Shown one piece after another: positions 38,447 through 49,048 of a DNA stretch of 64,000 nucleotides. The position numbers were made by a program, and so were the translations under genes. Within the stretch, counting starts at the first letter, position 1. Each line of letters opens with the position of its first letter. The notes beneath the pieces were generated by a model that ran no database searches, had not been told where the DNA came from, and saw only the letters and a program-made list of their open reading frames with translations. This stretch comes from an uncultured bacterium (lineage in GTDB: Bacteria > Desulfobacterota_D > UBA1144 > Nemesobacterales > UBA2774): assembly GCA_963825135.1 (NCBI GenBank), contig CAWGRW010000009.1:2048001-2112000 (forward strand), given 5' to 3'.

Positions 38447-41143
38447 TTATGTGTGATCCCATTTTACCGCAATCCTTTTTTTATCCGTTTCGAGAGGCTG
38501 TGAGTATTCCGAGGTCTGCTGAATGAGCTTGGCAACCAGGCCTGTCCATCCGGTCTGGTGGCTCGCTCCGATTCCCGCTCCGTTGTCGCCGTGGAAATAT
38601 TCGTGGAAAGGTATATAACCCCTCCACTCAGGGTCGGTTTGAAACTTCTCTGTCCCGCCGAAAACAGGTCTCTTTCCCTGATCGTCCGTAAGGAAAATGC
38701 GTGTCAGCCTGCGGGAAATCTCTGCAGCGACCTCCCATAGTGTCATGTAGTTACCGGATCCGGTCGGACACTCTACTTTAAAATCGTCCCCCAGGTAATA
38801 GTGGAATTTCTGAAGGGATTCAATTATCAGGTAGTTAACCGGGAACCAGATCGGCCCGCGCCAGTTGGAATTTCCGCCGAAAAGTCCGCTCGTGGATTCC
38901 GCGGGCTCGTAATCGACCCTGTACTCGTTCCCGTTCACATGGAACCTGTAGGGATTATCTTTGTGAAACCTCGAAAGTGCGCGGATGCCGTAGGGACTGA
39001 AAAACTCCGACTCATCGAGCATCTTTTTCAGCATCCTTCTCAGCTTGCCCTCGTCCACGATCGAGAGGAGCCTTCTTTCGCGCATACCTTTGGTTTTCAT
39101 GCAGGCGACGTTTTCCCTCAGATCCGGGCGGTTTTCTATAAACCAGGCGAGCCTCCCGTTAAAACCCTTCAGGCTGTCGAGCACTTCGGGCTCGAGCGTC
39201 TGGATCGCGAACAGGGGTATAAGACCCACCATGGAGCGTACCTTCATGGGCAGGTGCTTGCCGTCCGGAAGGTGAAGCACGTCGTAGTAAAAGCCGTCCT
39301 CTTCGTTCCAAAGGCCGTCCATATCCCCGCCCAGGAGGTTCATGGCCTTCGCTATATAAAGAAAATGCTCATAGAATTTACTCGCTATGTCCTCGTAGCT
39401 CGGGTTCTCCTTCGCCAGCTCGAGCGCTATTGCCAGCATGTTAAGGCAGTACATACCCATCCAGCTCGTACCGTCGGCCTGTTCGATGTGACCGCCCGTC
39501 GGGAGCTGCGCGCTTCTGTCGAAGACGCCTATGTTGTCGAGCCCCAGAAAGCCTCCTTCGAAAACGTTTCTCCCCTCCCGGTCCTTCCTGTTCACCCACC
39601 AGGTGAAGTTAAGGAGGAGCTTTTGAAAGACGCTCTCCAGGAAGCGAAGGTCCTTCCTGCCGTACATTTTCTTTTCTATATTGTAGACCCTCCATGCCGC
39701 CCAGGCATGTACCGGCGGGTTTACGTCGCCGAACGCCCACTCGTAGGCGGGAATTTGCCCGTTGGGATGCATATACCATTCCCTCGTAAGCAGGGTCAGC
39801 TGACGCTTCGCGAATTCGGGATCGATAATCGCAAGTGGTATCGTATGGAATGCCAGGTCCCAGGCTGCGAACCACGGGTACTCCCATTTGTCGGGCATCG
39901 AGAGTATGTCGTCGTTATAGAGGTGCGCCCATTCACGGTTCCTGCCGTTTCTACGTTCGGGAGGAGGGGAGGGGTGATTGGGGTCTCCCTTGAGCCAGTC
40001 CTCTATGACATAGTAATAGTACTGCTTTGTCCACAGCATCCCCGCGAATGCCTGTCTCTGAACTGCTTTCGATTCTTCGCCGGCGTTGAAAGGGTTGATA
40101 CGCTCATAGAACTCGTCCGCCTCCCGCTTACGGTCCTCAAATACCTTTTCGAACTCCTGACCGAAGGGCGACGTGAGCTTGTTCGAATCGCTCAAGCGGA
40201 GCCTGATTATTTTTGTCCCTCCGCCGGGGATCTCTCCTGCGTATTGTGCGGACATTTTGGTCCCGGTCCCTGCAGCGTTCACCGCTTCTTTTTTCCCATC
40301 CACTATATAGTCATTGATGCCGTCCTTGACATAAGGTGAAGCGTTTTTGATTCCAAAGAGCTTCTCCGAATTGGTCTCGTTTTCCGTAAATAGAATCTCG
40401 TCCGGGTTCTCTATATAGAGCCATCTGTTTCCCAGTGTGGGGTGGTTGGCCTCGACGCGATTCTCTGCCTTATCAGGCCCGGTTTTGCTCAGAGAGGGCT
40501 TCACCCCGCCGTTCCAGGACCAAGTGTTCCTGAACCAGAGGGTAGGCAGGAGATGGAGTGCCGCGGTTTCGGGCCCTCTGTTGACAGCCGTTATCTTGAT
40601 GAGCACATCGTCGCCTGACGCCTTCGCATATTCGATAAAGATATCGAAATAGCGGTTGTCGTCGAACACCCCGGTGTTAATAAGCTCGTATTCGAGATCG
40701 TGTTTCCCCCTCCGCTTGTTCTCTTCGACGAGCTTTGCATAGGGGAATGCTTCATGGGGGTATTTGTATAAATACTTCATATAGGAATGGGTGGGCGTGC
40801 TGTCGAGATAGAAATAATATTCCTTAACGTCTTCTCCGTGATTCCCCTCGCTTCCGGTAAGTCCGAATATCCTCTCTTTGAGTATCTGGTCCTTACCGTT
40901 CCACAGCGCCAGCGCGAAGCAGAGTCTCTGGTGGTTGTCCGATATTCCGCCAATCCCGTCCTCTCCCCATCTGTACGCCCTCGAGCGGGACTGCTCGTGT
41001 GAAAAATAATCCCAGGCCGTACCGTAAGGACTGTAGTCCTCCCTCACCGTCCCCCACTGCCTTTCGCTCAGGTAAGGCCCCCACCTCTTCCAATGCGCTT
41101 TTTTCTGACTGTCTTCCTCGAGCCTTTTTTCTTCACTGGTCAT
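38447..41143 (-). CDS. GH63/MGH1-like glucosidase (intact paralog)
   Basis: [52 protein letters not shown]. Confidence 0.92.
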   Translation of the reverse strand: MTSEEKRLEEDSQKKAHWKRWGPYLSERQWGTVREDYSPYGTAWDYFSHEQSRSRAYRWGEDGIGGISDNHQRLCFALALWNGKDQILKERIFGLTGSEGNHGEDVKEYYFYLDSTPTHSYMKYLYKYPHEAFPYAKLVEENKRRGKHDLEYELINTGVFDDNRYFDIFIEYAKASGDDVLIKITAVNRGPETAALHLLPTLWFRNTWSWNGGVKPSLSKTGPDKAENRVEANHPTLGNRWLYIENPDEILFTENETNSEKLFGIKNASPYVKDGINDYIVDGKKEAVNAAGTGTKMSAQYAGEIPGGGTKIIRLRLSDSNKLTSPFGQEFEKVFEDRKREADEFYERINPFNAGEESKAVQRQAFAGMLWTKQYYYYVIEDWLKGDPNHPSPPPERRNGRNREWAHLYNDDILSMPDKWEYPWFAAWDLAFHTIPLAIIDPEFAKRQLTLLTREWYMHPNGQIPAYEWAFGDVNPPVHAWAAWRVYNIEKKMYGRKDLRFLESVFQKLLLNFTWWVNRKDREGRNVFEGGFLGLDNIGVFDRSAQLPTGGHIEQADGTSWMGMYCLNMLAIALELAKENPSYEDIASKFYEHFLYIAKAMNLLGGDMDGLWNEEDGFYYDVLHLPDGKHLPMKVRSMVGLIPLFAIQTLEPEVLDSLKGFNGRLAWFIENRPDLRENVACMKTKGMRERRLLSIVDEGKLRRMLKKMLDESEFFSPYGIRALSRFHKDNPYRFHVNGNEYRVDYEPAESTSGLFGGNSNWRGPIWFPVNYLIIESLQKFHYYLGDDFKVECPTGSGNYMTLWEVAAEISRRLTRIFLTDDQGKRPVFGGTEKFQTDPEWRGYIPFHEYFHGDNGAGIGASHQTGWTGLVAKLIQQTSEYSQPLETDKKRIAVKWDHT

Positions 41144-41190
41144 TTAATTCACTCCTTTTGGTTGCGGCTGGACGTATCATAGGGTCTCCA

Positions 41191-41538
41191 TTATCCGATC
41201 ATATCGAGGACCGTCTCCTCGAGCGACAGGTCCGGGCGGGGTCCGGCCCACGTAGCGGCTGTTTCTTCACCGTGTGTACGCCGGGAAGACTTATCCTCGT
41301 CGGGGAACGACACGATCATCACGACCTTATCCGAGAGCTTGCCGAAGGTCTCATTCTTGAGATGTCTCAGGAATATGAGGAGTTCCGACTTCTTCCCCTC
41401 GACCGTCGCGCCTGACGGGTTTAGCCGGTACCTGAGTCCCATCTCCTCTGAAAGAATAGCTATGGACATTACACAGTCGTTCAGGCTGAACGGCGTATCA
41501 AAGTCCACTGGATAGAGCGTGATTTTAAGACATATCAT
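41191..41538 (-). CDS. Small protein resembling the MTH1187/YkoF thiamine-binding fold
   Basis: ITLYPV...GLRYRLNPSGATVEG...ELL pattern; family call tentative. Confidence 0.55.
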   Translation of the reverse strand: MICLKITLYPVDFDTPFSLNDCVMSIAILSEEMGLRYRLNPSGATVEGKKSELLIFLRHLKNETFGKLSDKVVMIVSFPDEDKSSRRTHGEETAATWAGPRPDLSLEETVLDMIG

Positions 41539-41590
41539 GGCATTTCCCCTTTTTGTAAATAAGTTGTTCCTTGCGGACGTTTGTTATGCT

Positions 41591-41782
41591 TTATTTAGGT
41601 TTCTTCGTCTTCGCCTTAACAAGCTTTTCGGCTTCGAGCCAGTGCTCGAAATCTTTCCCGTCCTCTCTTCCCCTCTCCTCGTAAATTTCATAAGCCTTTC
41701 TTGCTATAGCGTCCGTTAACGCGCTATTGTCTTTACCGGGCTTTCTGCCAATCGGTCCCGTTTTCCTCTTTGTATCCGCCAT
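41591..41782 (-). CDS. DUF2934-domain small protein
   Basis: IARKAYEIYEERGREDGKDFEHWLEAE signature; AGGAG RBS before ATG at 41782. Confidence 0.85.
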   Translation of the reverse strand: MADTKRKTGPIGRKPGKDNSALTDAIARKAYEIYEERGREDGKDFEHWLEAEKLVKAKTKKPK

Positions 41783-41831
41783 TTTTTGTCTCTCCTGTGC
41801 CACCGGTGATTTTTCACAAATATTGCTAAGC

Positions 41832-42014
41832 CTAGTCGGGCTGCCTAACTTCGACGTTTCCGCAATTAGGGCATGTGTGTATTTCCTCGACGACCCCCCC
41901 GAATACGGGATCTGCTTTGCGGCTCCCTTCAACAGTCTCGTAACTGATTTTCTCCGCATGGTTATTCATATCGGCCCCGCACTGGGGACATTTCATTTTA
42001 TTCTTCGGCATCAT
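41832..42014 (-). CDS. Small zinc-ribbon protein
   Basis: CPQCG...CPNCG; GGAGG RBS. Confidence 0.75.
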   Translation of the reverse strand: MMPKNKMKCPQCGADMNNHAEKISYETVEGSRKADPVFGGVVEEIHTCPNCGNVEVRQPD

Positions 42015-42072
42015 GCCTCCTTCCTTATTATCTCACTCAATACAGGTGAGGTTTCATTTATTAGCAGGATTT

Positions 42073-42639
42073 TCATATCTCTATGCTCTCACGTCCGTGC
42101 TTAAGCACCTTCGCCATCCATACGAGCTCTTTTATAAATTTTTCGGCCCGCTTCACAAATGCCTCTTCCTTGAGCTTCCCGGTTTCGTCAAAAGCGTTCT
42201 GCACGGCCGAGAAGTTGACGTCCCAGAAAATGGCGACGAGTCCAAGCTCCCTCATCACGGGAAGGAGGTTCTCGATCACTCTTGTGCCGCCGAAGGGGCC
42301 GGCCGAGACGCCGCAGATGCCCACAGCCTTATGTATATACTCCTTTAAGTTGGTATCGAGGGCGTGCTTCAGGAACCCGGGGTAGCCGTGGTTGTATTCC
42401 GGGGAGACGATGACGAACGCGTCTGCATCCATGGCGATTTTAGAAAATCCCGGGTCCTTTATCTGCTCGCCCGCGTCGTCTGTCGGGAGAGGAATGTTCC
42501 GGATGTCGACTACTTCCGTCTTGACGCCCTCCTGCTTGGCGATCTCCCGTGCCATAAAATTCGCTACGTGCTCGCTCATCCGTCCCTTTCTGACCGTTCC
42601 CAGTATTACGGGTATAAATATTGGTTTTCCGGATTCCAT
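42073..42639 (-). CDS. NADPH-dependent FMN reductase
   Basis: GTVRKGRMS, SPEYNHGYPGFLKHALD, GPFGG. Confidence 0.9.
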   Translation of the reverse strand: MESGKPIFIPVILGTVRKGRMSEHVANFMAREIAKQEGVKTEVVDIRNIPLPTDDAGEQIKDPGFSKIAMDADAFVIVSPEYNHGYPGFLKHALDTNLKEYIHKAVGICGVSAGPFGGTRVIENLLPVMRELGLVAIFWDVNFSAVQNAFDETGKLKEEAFVKRAEKFIKELVWMAKVLKHGRESIEI

Positions 42640-42660
42640 TTCCTGCTCCTTGTAACGTGA

Positions 42661-43701
42661 TTATTTCTCTATGACCTGCATCACATGACCGTCGGGGTCC
42701 CGCACGAGAAATCCCTTTTTAAAACCGAATTCCCCGTCAGGGACTTCCACCGCGCCTCCCGATACCACGGAGTAACCCTTGTCTCTCAGGCTTTGGACGA
42801 GTCCGTCCGGATTATCGGTCTCCAGAGTCGTCTGCCAGTGAACTATATCATTTGCTTTTTCATCGTCAGGTGCGGGACGTCCGCCCCCGGGCGCCAGATA
42901 TTCGAGGAACTCTATACCGGGGCCTTCAGAGGATTTTAATCCCGTTATACGGAGCACCGCGCCGAATACGTTATTGAGGTGCTCCTGCTCGGTTCCGTAA
43001 TTCATACTTTCACCCGCTACCTTCATACCGAGCGCATCCCGGTAAAATTTCAGGCTCTCCTCCGTATCGTCTACGACTATCGCGGTATGGTCTATACCCA
43101 GGAAGAGTTTATCACCATTCCCCTGCCATTTGGAGTTTCCCTTTCCCGGCGGGAAATATATTATTTCGAGGTAGTGCCCGTCAGGGTCCCTGAAGTAAAA
43201 GGCCCTTATCCCGGCTGCCGCCTTATTCGAGGCGGGGATCGTTTGAGGCGCAGTCGAGGCGTACCTTACCTTGTTCTGTCTTAGCTGCTCGAACGCCTTG
43301 TCTATGTCGCTTACTACTATTGCTATGTGCTGAAACCAGAGGTCGTTGCTCCTTGTATCACGGGGGAAGGGTTTACCTTCCGGGGTTAGGTACTCGGTCA
43401 GTTCGATCGTTTCGTCCCCGAGCTGCATGTGTACGACCCTGATCCTGAGCCCGAATACCCCGAGTAAATGCTCATACTCGTCACCGTATACCTCGGTGTC
43501 GGAAACCTTTTTAAAATTGAGGACTTTGGAATAAAAATCTACGGACCTGTCCATGTCCGAAACCGTCATGCCGACGGCGTCTACCGCGTGCACGGAGGCT
43601 TTATCTTCAGAGTAGGCGGCCGTCAGCCAGGCTAAAGAAATGATGATTATAGCAAGGCATGTCAGAACTTGTCTTCCGGTTTTCAGAGAGACTGCTTTCA
43701 T
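42661..43701 (-). CDS. Secreted VOC/glyoxalase-family protein (two VOC domains)
   Basis: Signal peptide; QHIAIVV, FRDPDGHYLE, DHTAIVV, RDPDGH. Confidence 0.88.
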   Translation of the reverse strand: MKAVSLKTGRQVLTCLAIIIISLAWLTAAYSEDKASVHAVDAVGMTVSDMDRSVDFYSKVLNFKKVSDTEVYGDEYEHLLGVFGLRIRVVHMQLGDETIELTEYLTPEGKPFPRDTRSNDLWFQHIAIVVSDIDKAFEQLRQNKVRYASTAPQTIPASNKAAAGIRAFYFRDPDGHYLEIIYFPPGKGNSKWQGNGDKLFLGIDHTAIVVDDTEESLKFYRDALGMKVAGESMNYGTEQEHLNNVFGAVLRITGLKSSEGPGIEFLEYLAPGGGRPAPDDEKANDIVHWQTTLETDNPDGLVQSLRDKGYSVVSGGAVEVPDGEFGFKKGFLVRDPDGHVMQVIEK

Positions 43702-43758
43702 AAGATTCCCGTCCTCGTGCTCGTTTGCAGTTTATGGTTCATTGTCTTTTCCGGTTTC

Positions 43759-45309
43759 TCACGCGAGTCTTTCGAGCAGATGATCCCCGACGCGCAGGGC
43801 GTTCGCCATTATCGTGAGGGCCGGGTTAACAGCGCCGCAGGAGGGGAAGAAACTCGCATCGACGACGTAGAGGTTATCGAGGTCGTGCGCCTTGCAGTTC
43901 ACGTCGAGGGCCGAAGAAGCCGGGTCTTTCCCGAAGCGTATGGTCCCGTTCTGGTGAGCGACCCCCGCGAGAGGTATCTGCTGACCTATGAAGAGGTTCC
44001 TCGGGATGAGATGCTCCTCGTGGCACCCGATCGCGTTCATTAGGCCCTTGAGCCTGGCGATTAAACGTTTGTGCGGCTCCTGGTTGTTGGGCGTATAAGA
44101 GAGAACGATCTTCCCGTTCGAGTCGAGCGTGACCCTGTTATTCGGATCGGGCAGGTCCTCGGACGTTATCCAGAAATCGAGCGAATGCTTGGCCATGATA
44201 TCGAGGGTCATTCCTGGAACGATAGCCGGGGCTCCTGCTGAAAGCGTCGCCGCGTCCAGCTTTCCGACGAACGATATGTGGCCCATCGGGAATTCGTAAT
44301 CGTCCGAGCCGAAATAAAAATCGTTGAGGGCAAGTGTTTTCTGGAATATTGTCGGATTGGGCTTTTTGGACAAAGCCATGACTATGGAATTCACGTGTCC
44401 CATGTAGTGTCTTCCGACGGTGTCGGAGTTGTTCGCCAGTCCGCGCGGGTGTCTGTCGTTTGCCGACCTGAGGAGAAGCGCCGCCGAGTTTATCGCGCCG
44501 CATGATACCACGACCATTTTCGCCGTATATTCCTCGGTGTTTCCGTTCCTCTCGACTATTACCTTCGAGACCTCGCGTCCGGAGGGACTCGTCTCTAAGC
44601 GTGCTACGTATGAGTTCGTAAGGAGTGTCACGTTTTCATGTTCGAGCGCGGGGTCCACGCAGAGCACCTGAGCGTCTGATTTCGCGTTTACCAGGCACGG
44701 ATGACCGTCGCAAGTGCTGCATCTTATACAGGGGCTCTTCCTGGGGTCGCTCTCGTCGAGCCTCACGCCCACCGGGACGTGGAACGGCTTTAATCCGCAC
44801 TTCTCCAGATCATCGTGAAGCTCCTGCATCCTCGGTTCGTGAGATACCGGAGGGTGGGGGTAGGGCGCGCTCGCCTCGGGTTCGGTCGGGTCTTCCCCGC
44901 GCTTTCCGTGCACATGATACAGGTTCTCCGCTTTTGTGTAATAGGGCTCCAGCTCTTCGTAAGAAATAGGCCACGCGGGAGACATGCCGTCTTTGTGCTG
45001 ATACTCTCCGAAGTCCTCTCTCCTAAGCCTGAAGAGCGCGGCTCCGTAGAATTTGGTGTTGCCCCCGACATAATAATTCGTATGCGGGTGGAGCGGCTTG
45101 CCGTCCTTGTCGTGCCAGATTTCTTTCGTCTGATACTTGCCCTGGACGTTCACGGCGCGGGTGTCCCAGTTGTCTTTTTCGCGGGGCACATAGTTGCCCC
45201 TTTCGAGGAGGAGTATTTTCTTGCCTGAAGGAGCGAGTGCGTAAGCCAGCGTGCCGCCCCCTGCCCCGGTCCCGATTATTATTACGTCGTAATGGTTCTC
45301 TGATGACAT
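43759..45309 (-). CDS. GMC-family FAD oxidoreductase
   Basis: IIGTGAGGG, VGGNTKFYG, CIRCSTCDGHPC, AHQNGTIRFG, VNPALT. Confidence 0.92.
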   Translation of the reverse strand: MSSENHYDVIIIGTGAGGGTLAYALAPSGKKILLLERGNYVPREKDNWDTRAVNVQGKYQTKEIWHDKDGKPLHPHTNYYVGGNTKFYGAALFRLRREDFGEYQHKDGMSPAWPISYEELEPYYTKAENLYHVHGKRGEDPTEPEASAPYPHPPVSHEPRMQELHDDLEKCGLKPFHVPVGVRLDESDPRKSPCIRCSTCDGHPCLVNAKSDAQVLCVDPALEHENVTLLTNSYVARLETSPSGREVSKVIVERNGNTEEYTAKMVVVSCGAINSAALLLRSANDRHPRGLANNSDTVGRHYMGHVNSIVMALSKKPNPTIFQKTLALNDFYFGSDDYEFPMGHISFVGKLDAATLSAGAPAIVPGMTLDIMAKHSLDFWITSEDLPDPNNRVTLDSNGKIVLSYTPNNQEPHKRLIARLKGLMNAIGCHEEHLIPRNLFIGQQIPLAGVAHQNGTIRFGKDPASSALDVNCKAHDLDNLYVVDASFFPSCGAVNPALTIMANALRVGDHLLERLA

Positions 45310-45323
45310 TGTTATGGCCTCCG

Positions 45324-46166
45324 TTATTTGGATGCTGCTAGTGGAGCCGTACCGAAGTTGACGCCGAACCGTTCGCACCATATCGTCACTGAATGGTAGT
45401 CTGCAAGATTTATATCGGACGGTATCTCGTAGTTCTGGTCTCCGACGTTGCCCTTGAGCGGCCCAAGCTCCAGATAGCCGGCTTTGGTGACCGTGTCGTT
45501 ATCGTTCGCATCCTGAGCAGCGCCCAGGAATATGTGCACGTCGGGGCCGTTCGACGTCTCGAAGTCCGTGAGCCTGAGCACGCGCTTCCCGTCGGGGAGC
45601 TCGAATATCGCTGCCGTCCCTTTGGTCTCGTGCGCCACTCCATGGAAGCTGCCCTCGGATATACTTACCGGTCCGGAATTCGCGGCCGGAGCCGTTTTAA
45701 GAGGAGCGGTTCCGAAATTGACGCCGAATCGTTCGCACCAGATCGTCACGGAATTATATTTGCCCAGATCGGTGCCAGGAGGTATCTCGTAGTTCTGGTC
45801 TCCGACGTTGCCCTTGAGCGGCCCAAGCTCCAGATAGCCGGCTTTGGTGACCGTGTCGTTATCGTTCGCATCCTGAGCAGCGCCCAGGAATATGTGCACG
45901 TCGGGGCCGTTCGATGTCTCGAAGTCCGTGAGCCTGAGCACGCGCTTCCCGTCGGGGAGCTCGAATATCGCTGCCGTCCCTTTGGTCTCGTGCGCCACTC
46001 CGTGGAAGCTTCCTGCTTTTATCGTGCTGGTTGAATCGGCGTGCTCAGTGGAAGCGCCCGGCAGACCTTCGTTCACGCTCTTGTTGATAAACAGCTTCTC
46101 GGGCCTGAAAAGATACCAGGCTATCAGAATTACGATTATTCCCAATACTATAATAACTTTTCTCAT
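45324..46166 (-). CDS. Membrane-anchored tandem DM13-domain protein
   Basis: Two copies of GSFHGVAHETKG...NGPDVH...LKGNVGDQNY...IWCERFGVNFG. Confidence 0.9.
   Translation of the reverse strand: MRKVIIVLGIIVILIAWYLFRPEKLFINKSVNEGLPGASTEHADSTSTIKAGSFHGVAHETKGTAAIFELPDGKRVLRLTDFETSNGPDVHIFLGAAQDANDNDTVTKAGYLELGPLKGNVGDQNYEIPPGTDLGKYNSVTIWCERFGVNFGTAPLKTAPAANSGPVSISEGSFHGVAHETKGTAAIFELPDGKRVLRLTDFETSNGPDVHIFLGAAQDANDNDTVTKAGYLELGPLKGNVGDQNYEIPSDINLADYHSVTIWCERFGVNFGTAPLAASK
45421..46010. repeat. Near-identical 230-bp direct repeat (45421-45650 and 45781-46010), 360-bp period
   Basis: Direct comparison shows 2 mismatches in 230 bp. Confidence 0.95.
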
Positions 46167-46242
46167 CTCAGTGAAGCCTCCGTTTAATTTTGTAAGAGGC
46201 ATAAGCTGCTCATTGCCCATGCCGTACTTCGGATTTGGTACG

Positions 46243-46271
46243 TTAGACGCATGAACCTAATCGAGGGATTT
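46243..46271 (-). promoter_or_regulatory. ECF-type promoter motif, copy 3
   Basis: AAATCC-N16-CGTCTAA upstream of the DM13-GMC-VOC-FMN reductase operon. Confidence 0.75.
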
Positions 46272-46480
46272 ATGGGTGTGTTAAGGCCGGATTAATGTTG
46301 ATAAAGGAGAAATCAACTAACCATGATTATTTGGGTCCGGACCGAGGGGCCTAAAGCCAGCCTATCTCGTATTTAGCGTGATTCTATTGAGGGGGACACG
46401 CCTGTCTTTAAAATGCCGGGGAGCGCCCCATCCGGGGAGAATATGTAAGCTACAGGGTCAGGCCCCCGGTTGAGTGTTAA

Positions 46481-46527
46481 TAGAAAGGCTGCTGCATATG
46501 CCATTATAATGATCGTGTGCAGCAGCC
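46481..46527 (-). terminator. Stem-loop terminator after msrB
   Basis: GGCTGCTGCA...TGCAGCAGCC stem followed by TTTCTA on the minus strand. Confidence 0.6.
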
Positions 46528-46569
46528 GGATTGCCAGTTTACATGACTATATTTTATGTGTCTGCAAGA

Positions 46570-47184
46570 CTATTCGAATAAAACAACGAATTCTGCATAG
46601 CCGTTTTTTTTGAGATCTTCTTTAGGTATGAATCGGAGCGACGCCGAGTTGATGCAGTACCTCAGGCCTGTCGGGGGAGGGCCGTCGTCGAAGACATGGC
46701 CGAGATGCGAATCGGCCGCCTTGCTCCTCACTTCAAATCTCGTGATTATGAGACTGTTATCCTTAACTTCGACGAAATTTTCCGGAACGAGGGGTTTCGT
46801 GAAGCTAGGCCAGCCCGTGCCGGAATCGAATTTGTCTTTCGAGCTGAATAGCGGCTCGCCCGAGACTATGTCTACGTATATACCGTCTTTATGGTTGTCC
46901 CAGTATTCGTTGTTGAAAGGCTTTTCAGTCCCGTTTTCCTGTGTGACTTTATACTGTATCGGGGTGAGCTCCTTTTTGAGCTCGTCTTTGGAGGGTTTAA
47001 CGAACCCACCGCTCTCCTGACCCGTATTGACCGCCTGTCCGTTGCCGGCTTTATCTGTTCCGCTATCGCTCGCCGAGCTTGCCGGGGTGGTCTCGGCCCT
47101 CATCATCATGTCCATGTCGAGCCAGTTCAATGCAACAAAAATGGCAATAACGGCTGTAACTACAATAAGCGTAGTTTTAATCAT
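46570..47184 (-). CDS. msrB: Peptide-methionine (R)-S-oxide reductase with N-terminal signal/anchor
   Basis: [33 protein letters not shown]. Confidence 0.95.
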   Translation of the reverse strand: MIKTTLIVVTAVIAIFVALNWLDMDMMMRAETTPASSASDSGTDKAGNGQAVNTGQESGGFVKPSKDELKKELTPIQYKVTQENGTEKPFNNEYWDNHKDGIYVDIVSGEPLFSSKDKFDSGTGWPSFTKPLVPENFVEVKDNSLIITRFEVRSKAADSHLGHVFDDGPPPTGLRYCINSASLRFIPKEDLKKNGYAEFVVLFE

Positions 47185-47225
47185 GTTTTGTCCCTCTCCA
47201 TATTGATTTGTACATCTTATCCATA

Positions 47226-47254
47226 GTATACGGAACCCGGGCGCTTTTGGATTT
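47226..47254 (-). promoter_or_regulatory. ECF-type promoter motif, copy 4
   Basis: AAATCC-N16-CGTATAC upstream of msrB. Confidence 0.65.
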
Positions 47255-47296
47255 CTCTTTTTTGCCGGGATGCCTCGAAATCCCTCAAGTTAATCT

Positions 47297-47929
47297 TTAT
47301 CTCTGTGTTTCTCGCGGCGTCAGCCTCCCCGTGAGCGTATAAAACGGAAGCAGGAGCGCGTAGACGATCAGGAGTATCTCGATACTCCAGAAGCACAACA
47401 GCATTGTGATCGTCGCTATTATCGGTATGATGAGAAACCTGAACCGGACCGAATCCGCGTACTCGCGGGTTACAAAATCAGCGATAAGGTCGGGCTTAGA
47501 GCTCGCGTAAACCCACTGAAAATAAAGCGTCCAGCCTATGAGCGTGAGGTTAGCGCCGAAGAATAACGGGGCTATCTGTGTCTGGCCGAACGAGTTTATG
47601 AGGCTCGTGGAGAAAGGCAGCAGGGAGACGAACATAAAGAATAGTATGTTGAGCCAGAGCAGCACCCGGTCCGAATGCTTTATCGAATGGTACATGTAGT
47701 GATGCGCCACCCAGTAGATTCCGAGTCCGATGAAGCTCACTATATAAGAAAGGAACTTGGGCCACATATTGAAGAGCGCCGGGGCAAGCTGAACGTTAGA
47801 CGCGTGCTGGGGAAGATCCGATGTCTTGAGCTCGAATATGAGGAGCGTCATCACGATCGCGAATATGCCGTCGCTCAGCGCCTCGATTCTGTTCTTGCCT
47901 AATTCAAAGGGTTTGGCCCGGGTATCCAT
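47297..47929 (-). CDS. TMEM175 (DUF1211) family potassium channel
   Basis: RIEALSDGIFAIVMTLL, SFIGLGIYWVAHH, LLPFST. Confidence 0.88.
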   Translation of the reverse strand: MDTRAKPFELGKNRIEALSDGIFAIVMTLLIFELKTSDLPQHASNVQLAPALFNMWPKFLSYIVSFIGLGIYWVAHHYMYHSIKHSDRVLLWLNILFFMFVSLLPFSTSLINSFGQTQIAPLFFGANLTLIGWTLYFQWVYASSKPDLIADFVTREYADSVRFRFLIIPIIATITMLLCFWSIEILLIVYALLLPFYTLTGRLTPRETQR

Positions 47930-48009
47930 GGGTGTTACTCCTCCCTGTTAACAAGCGCTTCCCAGCGCATAGATATCGTTGTTTCCCTGCTGTGCCTGAT
48001 TGGCCTGGG

Positions 48010-49014
48010 CTAGGCTGTTTTGCGGGCGAGGTCTTCGTACCTGATATTCCAGTCCGCCTGCATGCCTATGTTTTTCAGTGTCGATAGCACGCGTCCCGGT
48101 TCACCGAGATCGCTCCATTGTACGTCCTTCACGGCAAGGACCATGAGGTTGTCGGTGGATATCTCGAGCACTCTCTGTGAGAAATTGGCCTGGGTAATTT
48201 TTTCGTAGATATAATCCACTGCGTCGCTTTCCGAAGGGGTGCCTATCATATCGGACGACCTCACGAAATCGCGGTAGAGCACGGGGAGAGACCTGCTGAT
48301 CATGCCGAGGAAGGCAGATACCCTTCCCGTCATGACGAAACTATTCCAGAGACAGCCTCCTTGCAGCAGCTCGACGGCGGTTTTTTTGTCCGGCTTCTCC
48401 CAGAACCGTCTGACCCGTTTTGGAGCTGCCGGGGATTCGCTTGCGAGTCCGGTGCAGGGCTCGATCCATCCGTATTCCGTTTCGGCCGAGCTCGGGGTGA
48501 TCCCGAGCAGTACCACCATATCCTGATTGCGCTCTACGGCTTCGAAAGCCGTTTCGACCTGTCCCATGAACACCTCGTCATCGGACAGATAATGGTCCGA
48601 AGGGAAAAACGTGACGGACGCATCGGGGTCGACCCTGGCGATCCGGAGCAGGCTGTAGAGAATCGCGGGAGCTGTTCCCAGGTTCGCGGGTTGATCCACG
48701 ATCTGGTCGGGTTTGAATCTGTCGAAGAGGTAATTATAGAATCTTTCGTGGGTACGTGTGACGGACAGGAGTATATTACCGCTCTGTATGCGGGCCCTCA
48801 CCCGTTTAATCGTCCTCTCTAGAAGAGACTCTTCCCCCAGAATGGGACAGAATTGCTTCGGTCTCTCGTCTCCCGTTATCAGTTTCGTCATGGAGCGGAG
48901 CCGTGTACCGTCGCCGCCTGCCAGAATAATCCCCCACCTGTGGAGCTCGGATTCCTTTTTAATCTCCTTTCCGTCTTCGTCCCCGATCCTGTGAGTAGTC
49001 GGATGTTTTTTCAT
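48010..49014 (-). CDS. Sugar-phosphate nucleotidyltransferase (mannose-1-phosphate guanylyltransferase-like)
   Basis: ILAGGDGTRL, PKQF, FPSDH, EYGWI, FWEKP, WSDLG. Confidence 0.88.
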   Translation of the reverse strand: MKKHPTTHRIGDEDGKEIKKESELHRWGIILAGGDGTRLRSMTKLITGDERPKQFCPILGEESLLERTIKRVRARIQSGNILLSVTRTHERFYNYLFDRFKPDQIVDQPANLGTAPAILYSLLRIARVDPDASVTFFPSDHYLSDDEVFMGQVETAFEAVERNQDMVVLLGITPSSAETEYGWIEPCTGLASESPAAPKRVRRFWEKPDKKTAVELLQGGCLWNSFVMTGRVSAFLGMISRSLPVLYRDFVRSSDMIGTPSESDAVDYIYEKITQANFSQRVLEISTDNLMVLAVKDVQWSDLGEPGRVLSTLKNIGMQADWNIRYEDLARKTA

Positions 49015-49048
49015 GAGTGTGTCCTTGTGGTTCCGTTTCTTTTTTTGT

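Noticed and set aside
38801..40339. 512-aa plus-strand ORF, and similar long antisense ORFs such as 53414..54673 and 7796..8968
   Set aside because: Antisense shadows of well-supported genes in GC3-rich DNA; no recognisable motifs
46298..46316. TTGAT...ATCAA FNR-like inverted repeat
   Set aside because: Spacer is 9 bp rather than the 4 bp of FNR boxes
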